A stretch of DNA of 60,966 nucleotides, filler included, from Sphacelaria rigidula (Eukaryota), in assembly GCA_964200075.2 (NCBI GenBank). It is 7 parts of 7 records of this genome, joined end to end, with 100 filler letters (N's around TTAATTAATTAA, not from the genome) between each part and the next. Parts side by side here need not be neighbours in the genome. Positions count along the whole stretch, not along the records: positions 43,621 to 52,243 come from CAXNAA020010572.1; positions 52,344 to 60,966 come from CAXNAA020010573.1; 5 more parts are not named here. One strand, written 5' to 3'. Made by a program: the position numbers and the translations under genes. The notes beneath the pieces were generated by a model that was not told the DNA's origin, did not search any database, and was given only the letters and a program-made list of their open reading frames with translations. Of the stretch, positions 51,027-60,966 are shown in pieces (position 1 is the first letter of the stretch; the number at the start of each line of letters is the position of its first letter).

Positions 51027-51235
51027 TGTAATGCGTGAGAGGACCGCGTGCTTAGAGGACCGCGCCGTACTTCAAAACACCTCAGGATCGACGTTTTTCA
51101 AAACCAATCGGGCCAGTCCCTCAGGTACCACACCCCTGACCCTAACACCAACACTTACCTGACCCTAACCGTAACCATGGGAATGTTCAAATTCCGATGC
51201 GGTCCTCTAAGCACGCGGTCGTCTCACGCATTACA
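51027..51235 (+). mobile_element. Telomere-repeat-bearing MITE copy 5 (209 bp, TSD CAGC)
   Basis: Same TIRs, degenerate CCCTAA tract, CAGC flanks. Confidence 0.95.
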
Positions 51236-51749
51236 CAGCTACCAAAACCATCCTCGAGTTTGCTGTTCGTTTTTTCGGTATTGCAAGCCCGCTACTCACG
51301 GCTCCGGGGACAAAATCATGAGTCCCTGTTCTCGCGAGGGTACAGGCCGCAACGTGGAATTCTCTCTCGAAATTCTGCCCGCGCGGGTCGTCACTGGTTA
51401 CAACACGGGACGTTGCACGTGCATATAACCCATTCCATCCTCCCAAGATGGTAGAAACCTCTAATAGCCCCCTCTCGCAACCGGCCTGCAATCCATAGTA
51501 CCTCATTCGTTGTAAGGCTGAGAATGGTACGTTGTACCAACATTGGAAACCTTTGACGTTACACGCAGGGTCATTATACACAAGATATTGTGGCTTGATA
51601 CTGGGTAAAAGTAGGTATTATGGGTTGTTTGGATGGACTATGAAGACCTCGGGATTACCGAATGTGAGGGTACTTGTATAGATACGGCCGGGCAGTGCAC
51701 AACTCGAATAACCAAGTTTAACGAGCTTTCGCATGAGACTTGTTGTGGA

Positions 51750-51820
51750 GAGATGCTACGGGAGGGGTGCACAAATATTTTCTGGGGTCAGAATTGTTAG
51801 GAGCACTTTATCAAATCCAA
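51750..51820 (-). repeat. Interspersed repeat, family B (inverted copy)
   Basis: GATGCTACGGGAGGGGTGCACAAATATTTTCTGGGGTCAGAATTGTTAGGAGCACTTTATC is approximately the reverse complement of 8731-8795. Confidence 0.8.
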
Positions 51821-51864
51821 AACACGACTTATATTAATATGCGAGAGTAAGCCAGGATTACTAT

Positions 51865-52081
51865 TGTAATGCGTGAGAGGATCGCGTGCTTAGAGGACCG
51901 CGCCGTAGTTCAAAACACCGCAGGACCAACGTTTTTCAAAACCAATCGGGTCAGTACCTGGAGGTGCCATGCCCCTGACCAAAACCCTAACCCTAACCCT
52001 AACCCTAACCCTAACCCCCACCACAGGGATATTCAAATTCCGATGCGGTCCTCTAAGCATGCGGTCCTCTCACGCATGACA
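51865..52081 (+). mobile_element. Telomere-repeat-bearing MITE copy 6 (217 bp, TSD ACTAT)
   Basis: Same TIRs, perfect (CCCTAA)5 at 51985-52014, ACTAT flanks. Confidence 0.95.
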
Positions 52082-52243
52082 ACTATTCCAATGTGCTGGG
52101 GATATCCAGAATAAATATGCAAACGGGGATGCCCTGACCCATGTTCTTGTGCGTCTAGAATGGTTAGGAGCCCCTGAACCAGACAAAATTTCGCGAAAAA
52201 AGTGCACCCCTACCGTAAAACTGCTCTGTAGTTGAACCACCCA

Positions 52244-52343
52244 NNNNNNNNNNNNNNNNNNNNNNNNNNNNNNNNNNNNNNNNNNNNTTAATTAATTAAN
52301 NNNNNNNNNNNNNNNNNNNNNNNNNNNNNNNNNNNNNNNNNNN
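52244..52343. other. Artificial contig spacer
   Basis: Same 100-bp linker. Confidence 0.98.
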
Positions 52344-53114
52344 CCAAGCGCGAAGCGCCGTGGTGTGTTTGGCGGGTCGCATGAAGGGTGAGCTGCATCC
52401 TGCTAGGATTGTTCGTCCCGAAACCTACTGATTATCTTGCGTTAGGATGACAGCCTAAAATGAGTTGCTCTATTTTCTGGTATTACCACCTTCAGGGAAA
52501 GCCACGGCTTATACACTGCCGCATGAATATCTCACCATGAGGGGGAGCAGGGGTTGCAGGCTGAAACCATTGAGTGCCACAGGGTGCATGATGTTGACAG
52601 AATGAGAGAATGTGTGAAATGTTCAGAATGGAATCGCATTCACGTATGAGCAAACACTCGAGCTTCGCATTTAAGCAGAGAACACGCACATGTAGCTGGG
52701 AGTCGAAAACAGCAGGAAGAAGAAAAGCCAGTTCAACAAACCAAAGAGAATAGAGTCATCACAAAAGCAATATAATCCAGATCTCCCCCATCTATGTGTT
52801 ACCACCTACCCAGCACGCGGCAGCTGACCTCGTGGACATGAAAGACAGAGGAAAGGAGGCCATATCAGTACCATGCACCGGTAATGTTGCTTGCCGTGTT
52901 TTCACAGGTGAAAAAAACAAAGCAGTCAGACAATATTAAGGCATCTGGTATGATACGGCAGGTTTTCAAGGAAAGCATGCATCTTACAGCATTTGAACAG
53001 CGCTAAACAAAACAAAAGTGAAGAAAAGGAGGGAAATGAAAAAGACGCTGACCATGACCAACAACTCGTCGAAGTAGAATCTAGAAGAACATGTACAAGA
53101 TTGCAAACACGTAC

Positions 53115-56100
53115 GTGCTCTAGGTCGTTGATGAGCACAGGGGTAGGATGCACCCCTTCTAGCTTTCTTCTAGCGTTGCTCATCTTGCGCCCAGATTCCG
53201 AAGGCGGTCGGGGCTGCGAACCTCCCACTGCTCCCAAATCTCCGCTCTCATCACCCCCGGACGCTGTTGGCGTAGACCCCACGATACACAGAAGCAGGGG
53301 ACGAAGCAGGAAAACGTGAGGGTAAGGGTATTTGGTGCTACCGTATGCATATCGCACGGGGCATTGCCATAGATGTGCGAGATAGCGAACGTCTCGAAGC
53401 CGGACACACAAGGCTATACCGGAGCACAATCTGTCTTTGTAATCGCTCAGATCTCTTCATATGCCTCGAGAGTACCTCTTGAACTTTTACTTTTGCTCTC
53501 AAAAGAGTGCAGGGCATCATGCTATAGTAGATACACGTTGATGTAGACGAGATGATCCAGCAGGCTGGTCATAAAACACAGGAAGATGGACGTTTCGTTT
53601 GCGTTACTGTACCTGTGTTTGCATTTACTGCATTGGGTGTGTTGCAAAGACACCCTTGACCTGAGTAGAAAAGCAGCCTGTCGACCACGAAGAGAATCAG
53701 AATACTTCTTCCTTTGCACTGGTTTTCAGGAGGGTAAGCAATAGTGCCGCCATAAATCCTCGAGCACGGGGTGTCAGCCCCATACTCGTAGAGGTGGTTC
53801 AAGTATGACATCGCACTGCTGTGGCCTGGCTCTGGTAATTTGACGTCGAGACGGCCGAGGAGCAAGAGTGTGAGAGGAGGGCCGGCTTTAAGGTCAACCC
53901 CCCCTATTTCTTTCTTTTTTTTTGTTCCTTCTTTTTTATTCAGAGCGTGTTTCATTTTCGTTTTTCTTGGGTACGTCTATCATGACACCACCACGGCTGG
54001 ATCCCTGGGGGGTCAGTTAAAGTGTGACAATCAATCAATCAATCAATCAATCCTGTCCGAAGACGAACAAAGGTGGGCAATTACTAGTTTGGTAGCAAGT
54101 ATCAGTCGCGGACGGACGTTCTTGAACCTACGCTAGGGCAGACGATTTTTCAACACATCTATGCTAATGTTTTGGACATGGATATCACGTTATACCCACA
54201 GTAGAGGACATGCCACTGAAAAAGATATTTGCTTTCGTTGATCACAGTCTACTCTGTGTTGCTATCCGCCTGTTGTCCTTCTCTTCTTTCAAGGCGATGA
54301 TTAGATCATTGAGCAATACATCCCTTTCAGATGCTCTCCACGAAAAAATGATGTCTCATCCTTCTCACCTCACGAAAAACAAGTGCACATCATTTGCCGC
54401 AACGATGATTTCCCGGGGGAAGATGGAGGAGGGGTGGCACAAATGCGTCCCAAACACGTATTTTGCCCTTTGCAATACGCGTGTGTGCCATGCGTACATC
54501 CCTTCGCCTCTGGCCCGTCGACAATCAATTCACTGAATGAAGCATAAATGGTGGATACGCTTTTGGGCTCTGTAGAGTAACATTCTCAACAACGATTTTT
54601 TGGTTTCGAGCTTCTGTCTTCAACATCCTTCCGCCACCCGTCTCTCTCCCACGCAAACCACTGCCAAATTTTATCTCGCGCTCACCCGCTTTTGTCGCTT
54701 GCCTATTACCCTTAGTCTCCAGCCAGTCGATGACAGGTTCGTTGAGGAACACGTCCATAGTGGACAGGAGAACTTCTCGACCGTCTCTCAGCGCCTGCAA
54801 TGTCGACATCATGTGCCTTACGTTTAAAAACAACAATCGCAATAGGCGAGTCGTACGGAAGGCGAGAAGGGGCGCAGATAGTGGAGCGGGCGTGCTAACC
54901 GCACCGACGTGCCGTGACAAGAGTGTTGGAACCGAAGTCTTCAAGAGGTGTGCTTCAATTTCTCCCAGACAAAACCTGGATATTGACGTCGATGCTGAAT
55001 GGAAGATAGGAAGGAATCGCTTGCAGGACGAGGCGATGATGTGTGCGCGTGTGTGTCTGTTCGGCGCAAGGTGTACTTGCTCCCCCTAAAACTGACTTTT
55101 TCAAGGAAGTATGTGATTTCCGTCGTTCGAAAGGAGAGAATGTGAGGAGCATCAGTAGCTACAGCATGATAACCACAGTCGACGCGGTGCGGGAGTGCTG
55201 TGTGATCATATCCGGAAAATCGACATGTACCGTGTGCACCCGGGGAAATATGTGCTTCATGTCTCGAGGCAACGGAGTCATCCCGAGGAAGGGGAGGAGT
55301 TGGAAGTGTGTGTTGTGTGACATCCCATCTATTCTGGACGCTAGACAGCCTCCACCATTCGGGCATATGCGGGCGCATCAGCCGGGGTTACACAGCCGCA
55401 CAGGAGTGTTATTTTCAATTTTGTTCAATCACTCCGCCTTCCTTTTGCGGCGCTTGCCTTATATTTTCGAAAAGGGCTAAGAGGTCCTTTTCTCTCGTCA
55501 ACCGTGAAGTCGAATTTCGTATACCCATGACGTGGTCGCTTTCCGCTGTTGTGCATTATGTCAGGAAAGATCACAGATCGTGCGACTAGCACCGAGATTC
55601 GAACCCACGTACCAACCATCACAAAATTTCAAGGTAACCAACCGAGGTACCGGGCGAGCGTGTCAAAAAAAAAAAACAGAATCGAAGGTATTTTCGAGCG
55701 GTATCCGGATGTATTTGTATTAGGGTCTGGGGGTAGGGTTAGGGTTTGTATCTGTATACCATACCCTCACTATTCCGTGAGAGGCATGGGGCACTTTTGT
55801 TTTTTTCACACGCGCCCTGCTTTTGTAGCCCTTTCATCGCGATTGGTTTGTAATTCTTCACTGCTGTAAGTGCATTCGTATTAATTAAGAAACACACAAG
55901 GTGTTATACACCAGTATACGTCGACTCAAACCGACTCCGTCGTGGTCACCGCGTTGGGAAAAAAAAACGCGATGAAAAACAAAAGAGTAGCCAACTTGGT
56001 TGTTCATAAATACGTACTAATGGATATATCAATCGCTTGGCTGTTTGTTACAGTTTCGTTATTTTACTTTCGTGCTCGCGGCGGAGACAGTAGGTAAAGC

Positions 56101-58083
56101 GCACAACACTAGTTCAGAAATGAATGTACCTCATTCTCCGAGTAATCGTTCCGCTGGCTGTTGATTGGTTTGTGGCATGCACGGCCCTGATCTCATTTTA
56201 ACGTATGGGGATGAAGTAAATATGGTACATAGAGCTTCAAACGCGGATATTCCCACTATCTGTCATCCCTCAACTGTACCCTAAGAGAGTAGTATCCTCA
56301 CTCTCTGACGACACACGAATCTTCTCCATCGGCTGCAGAAACGTTTGGAACCAACTTAAACAAATTCATTGCATACGGGTTTCATCAGAAAGAGATTATT
56401 AGGCCACGGGTGATGGGAGGATCGGAGGCGTCGATCCTTTTTAACTTTACGCGCCCATGCTCACAGTTGCGAGCATTTCGAGGCTGACAGTGCCGTCTGG
56501 GAATCGTCGATACTGGAGGATGAATAATGGAGTTGGCGTAGATGGACACCGGTTGGGCGTCGGCGCTCTACAGGAACGAACAACACTTAGCTCCAGCAAA
56601 AAGATCAATCGGGAGCTTTCAGACCGTCCGTTCCCCCCAAAAACACAATGCAAGTGACGTCCGACTAGCAACCGGGATACGAAGGGGCTCATCATTCAAG
56701 CAGTCCATCACCATCGACCGCGCCACTAAAGGGGCTCATCTTTTGAGCAGCCCAACACCATCGATGGCTGCGGTAGGTTGTGGAAGCGTCTTGATTACAG
56801 TTTTCATCAAATACTGACGTTGTGTTACGAATTGTACAACAACGAACTGTTCAGTGCGGATATTACATTTGGCGACGGACTACAGGCTGTAGAAACATTT
56901 GCCAAGGCCCTGTACGGGTGGCCAGTGGTGCCAACCTAGTCTTGCACGCTAAGCAGACGGAGCAACAGCGTCCAGGGGCTGCAATGGCGGGACTGAGTTG
57001 CAGAAACTCGGGTAAGACGTACCCCGCTTTCATCGAAGACGGATTTACGGGACTCTGTTGACTATAGATGAAAACCAACATGTATCGTTCGGCGAAGGAT
57101 TGTAGATATCAGCGAACGTTTCTGTGGTCTTCCGACTGGTCGATGGGCAGCTATCCTTACCCTTTGAGCAGACCAACACTGTCGAGTGGCTGCAGCAGAT
57201 TCTGGAACTGGTTGGTGAGTCTGAAAGGCAGGAGCTCGGGTACAGGAAGCTCGCTCGTCGCGTGCCCGAATGCAGCGCCAAAGTCGATGCCAATCACAGT
57301 CCTGCACGTCGCCCAAGGCACAGCAGAATATGAACAGGTGCAAAAATACGGGTTGTAGAGGAAGGCGGCGCCAAAAAAGCAAGGAACCATAACTTGAGGG
57401 TACCATAGTTCGATAGAATTCCTGTAGTGGGACCGGGTGATTCCTTGGACCAGGAAATTCAACACGAGAAACTCACACCAATAACAGCAGCTGACAGCAT
57501 TTGTCGCGGTAGCATGTTGAAGAAGCTTCATACGATTAATGGACTCTCAAGACTCGCCAAAGTCATCCCCGCGGTATATGCCCGGCATTTGCGCATCGCG
57601 GATTGGACCAGCACTGCCGTACCCCGTCTGATGTGTGATTTTGATTCGATTTGATTTGATTCGCATCGAAATCAAATGTTGTCAACTATTTTTGGCTACT
57701 CAAGCAGTGATGTTCAAGGATGGGAATCAGTTCTTGCTGAAAAGAGAACCCACATGTGTCGGGACTCAACCCGCAACCCTACACCCTTTCCCGTTATCGA
57801 TGTATGTACCCCTTAGATCACCGGCATACGGTGACTTATGAAAGCGGGTCCAAACCGACATGAGCGGGGATTCATACCCGGTGGTAGTGTCAAGCAAGAA
57901 GTTGTCCAGGTGTCTGTCCCCGATCCCCATGATGTAGCAGCACGCGCTAAGAGTGGCGAGCGATCTAGCGAAGCCTCCCCTGCAGGTCAAGAACGCCTCG
58001 GGGCTGGGTGCCATCGCCAACAGGTGTCGCCGTAGAACGTCCGACGGCATTGCCGCACGTCTCTCCTCAAAGTTTGCTTCCAC
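53115..58083 (-). CDS. PRKDC: DNA-dependent protein kinase catalytic subunit (PIKK family), kinase-domain exons 58083-57878, 57301-57161, 54816-54710, 53263-53115; partial
   Basis: The spliced frame reads [85 protein letters not shown]..|[33 protein letters not shown]. The SPEAF, AFG.AT..LPVPEL.PFRLT and MDVF..EP..DW motifs fit DNA-PKcs better than ATM/ATR/TOR. Splice phases are consistent. Confidence 0.9.
53820..54052 (+). repeat. Retroposon-like 3' end with (AATC)n tail (intronic)
   Basis: Ends GTTAAAGTGTGACAATCAATCAATCAATCAATC. An inverted homolog lies at 1145-1290. Confidence 0.75.
55480..55660 (-). mobile_element. tRNA-derived SINE, family A copy 3 (intronic)
   Basis: The minus strand has B-box GGTTCGAATCTC and the body CAACAGCGGAAAGCGAC..AATTCGACTTCACGGTTGACGAG shared with 6684-6910. 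Confidence 0.75.
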
Positions 58084-60966
58084 CTACACAGTTGAATTAG
58101 TTAGTTGCGTGGGGAAAGAACAAAAAATGGCTAGCCTCATACCCGACATGAAGGTCGGCTTCAAATTCAACCCTCAGATCGCGAGGATAATCCATCTGGA
58201 TAATGCATACAGTACTATTTTGGAGTGAAATTGGTGCCGATTCAACAGGGTTGAAGGCACGTGCGTTCTTCACTTCTATGCGATCGCATGTTATTGGAAA
58301 CGCCTGAAAAACGGCAAGCATGACTGTACCTGCAGGCAACAGAACACGCTAATGAACATATCTTTTTGTACACTTCGGGGCGTCACCGGCTCGTCCGTCC
58401 TTCTTATTGCGTCGAATTAGCCTCTTTCCTCTCCTCCCTTCACCGACTCTCAATGCAACCGAGGATAAAATTTAAAAAGACAAAAAAAGCATACAGAGTC
58501 CATCAAATATTCTACCTACGCACAGCTACGTGCACAACGAAGCTGCCTGGCAAAATTGGGAGGCAATACATGTGGGAACTTGAGGTAAGAAGCAGAAGCG
58601 TAGTTTCGTGCGAGGTACGACCACGTACCTAGCTTGCACTCCATTGATTGGCCAACCGGCCCCGTACGCTAACTGAGCACTCAACGACAGCGCAATGCAG
58701 CCGTAGTATTCTACAACAATCGGACGACGGGGAGCTACACCAGCTTGTGGCGGCGGCGCTGCGGCAGTTGAACTCCCTTTGCTTCGATGTTGCGCCCATC
58801 AGCTCTCAGTAGCATCGTGTGGCGTGGTATCCCACTCTGCAGCTTTCAGTACACATTCACAATCTCAAGTCTTCAGATTCGCCTCGAAAGAGGGGTCCCG
58901 TCCCGTAGATTACAACTAACAATCACCTACCTAAGGCCACAGGAGGTGCTTGCGTCTCCTAGCCTCCGAATTGATGGAATTATCGTCTATCAGCAATATT
59001 TCATGTTAGTCTATGCGTGTCTGGGGGCGACAGGGGCATTGATGGCAAAATATACTCCCTCAGGCACCGTCTTCTGAAATGGGGCTCCCAGGCAAAAAGT
59101 ATGGCACGCTTCATTTTGTCGGCCCGCCTTCCGTCATAAAACCGGTATTGGGGAGTTCACGCTCAGGATTGAAAAGGACGGCATGCAGAATAGATACGCT
59201 ACTCGTGTGGATAGAGAGATAACTCTACGGTGGGGAAGTAGGCGGTTTTCATTAACTCACGCTGATGCCCCTTCCCTTATTTTATGGCGCTTGATCTCTC
59301 GAAGTACAGTTGATGGCCCCGTGCAGCCCATACTGGCACCAAGACCGACAGTGAACCTTATGAAGGACTAAGCTGTACCAAAGCGCCGAAATGAGCGCTT
59401 CACTGGTGAGGCAAAGGCCATGCTCTTAATACATTACTACTATGTTGCAACTGAACGCATAGTTTCTCCTACTCGTGGGTGCTTTTGCTGTCCCGACAAG
59501 ATGTCCCTTAACTCGAACACCAAAAAGATCCTGCACAACGCGACGACCCCCTTTCTCGAGGGCGACAAGCAGCCTGTCCCGAAATGTGTTCGACCCCACC
59601 ATTTGCCAGGGCCAAAGGACGGTTTCACGTCGGTCTAAGCGTGTGGGGGAAATGCCGGGCGCTTTGATGGAGACCGTCTGGGAAGGAGAGCAAGGGCGTT
59701 TGCATGCTGCTCCTCGTCTACTCGGCATATTGTACACCTCTGCCGTACTATACTGTGAATGTGCTCGTATGTCACTTGTTTCTATTCTTGAAAACATCCC
59801 CACATCTGTTTCATCCTTCTGACCCGCGGAGCAAGGATGGCTCCGTACATGTGTAGGACAGGCGCCGTACTACAGCACTGTCTGTACAAGTACATCACAT
59901 GGGCCTCGCTCTATATTCAACACAGAAGGTGCACATACTATCAGCACGTTGGGAGCGAAGAAGAAAAATGTACCGAATACTAGGCTTCCACGTATTTCAG
60001 ACATATGGTATACGGGACTTCCTCGGCCGCAAATGCTCCAGGGAGGGATAATCATTTGCAGGTCCCTCAGGCCTCGAAATCTCAACGTTTGAAATATCGG
60101 TTGAAACCAGTCCGGTATATGTGTGCATATTACGCAACTGAACTTCGATGTTATCCAAAGACGTCTCACTTGGGCCTGGCCCCGAAGAACGGAAGCCAAT
60201 CCTTTGTACAGGTGAAAAGTCAAGAACTACCAAATCATTCATCCACGCATAGCTTGTACAAGTACGAACAATCGGTATGAGCGCAGGTTGCGTACAGTAT
60301 ATACGAAACAGCCAATATGAGCATAGGCTGTAAAGGTATCGACGGTTGATATGGCAAGCCTACAACGGCTACCATAAAACAGGTGGGACGTGCTGGGGGT
60401 CTCGTTTGCGGGTACTAACCAGGGTGACGGGCTACCAGCCAAGTCGCGCCTTGGGTAGAAGTTTTTTCCATCATGGTCAACGACGCAGTCTGACACGCAG
60501 CATACGCCAGAAGAGAGGTATACGTATAAGCAGTGCATACTGCTACGATGATTGGCTGACCATTCCGGGCGTATTGTCCAAAATGTAGAGAACCCCGTAA
60601 CATGTCTATACTCCCTGGCCCTCATGACCACTTCACGTCAACCCAAGCTGTCAATCTGTCGACAACATCGCCTCGACGAGCTTAGCAGACCCCTTGAAAA
60701 CTACTTTCGGTGCTATCATTGTGCTTGAACGTGGGTGAACGCAATAACCGTCAGGTATCGTCCTTGACCCCCTGTATGTACGTCGAGACAAGTAAGTGTG
60801 CGATATGTAGGCAGGGTTGCCACATTTCCTCGAAATTGTAACAAGAACGCCATTCTTTTGAACTTTGAAGGGGCGCGCGGGGGGGGGGGGGGGGGGGGGG
60901 GCTCTTTCCCATTCATAACCTAACTTACAGCCCCTTGCCCCCCCCCCCCCCCAAAGGCGGGGGGGG

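Noticed and set aside
51985-52014. (CCCTAA)5 as a true chromosome end
   Set aside because: The tract is short, internal to a TIR element, and such tracts occur in both orientations.
45508-52081. Recurring 37-bp repeat as a CRISPR array
   Set aside because: The repeats occur as inverted pairs around a conserved core with TSDs and irregular spacing. There are no unique spacers or cas genes, and the context is eukaryotic.
55720-55750. TTAGGG-like run as another telomeric MITE
   Set aside because: Only 2-3 degenerate units are present, without the 37-bp TIRs.
58200-60966. Further upstream DNA-PKcs exons
   Set aside because: They are expected, but I could not identify PIKK motifs in any frame, so the region may be one long intron.

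Overview
This is eukaryotic genomic DNA, most likely from a brown alga (Phaeophyceae). That is an inference from the intron-rich genes, CBM32-like repeat protein, chromodomain Gypsy elements and TTAGGG repeats. The window is not one locus: it is seven contigs of 8,623-8,624 bp joined by artificial 100-bp spacers (44 N + TTAATTAATTAA + 44 N), so nothing should be inferred across spacers. Contig 1 holds decayed LINE fragments, tRNA-derived SINE-like repeats and a foldback element. Contig 2 holds a mariner-like remnant and a partial gene. Contig 3 is three decayed Ty3/Gypsy elements. Contig 4 carries a multi-exon gene with tandem F5/8-type C (CBM32-like) domains. Contig 5 has three clustered copies of a ~0.9-kb TIR element. 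Contig 6 has a glycosyltransferase-like gene, and contig 7 has the kinase-domain exons of DNA-PKcs. The most striking signal is in contig 6: six separately inserted copies of a ~210-bp non-autonomous DNA transposon. Each has 37-bp TGT...ACA terminal inverted repeats with an internally repeated motif, a 4- or 5-bp target-site duplication, and an internal (TTAGGG)n tract. All six lie in the introns or upstream region of one gene.
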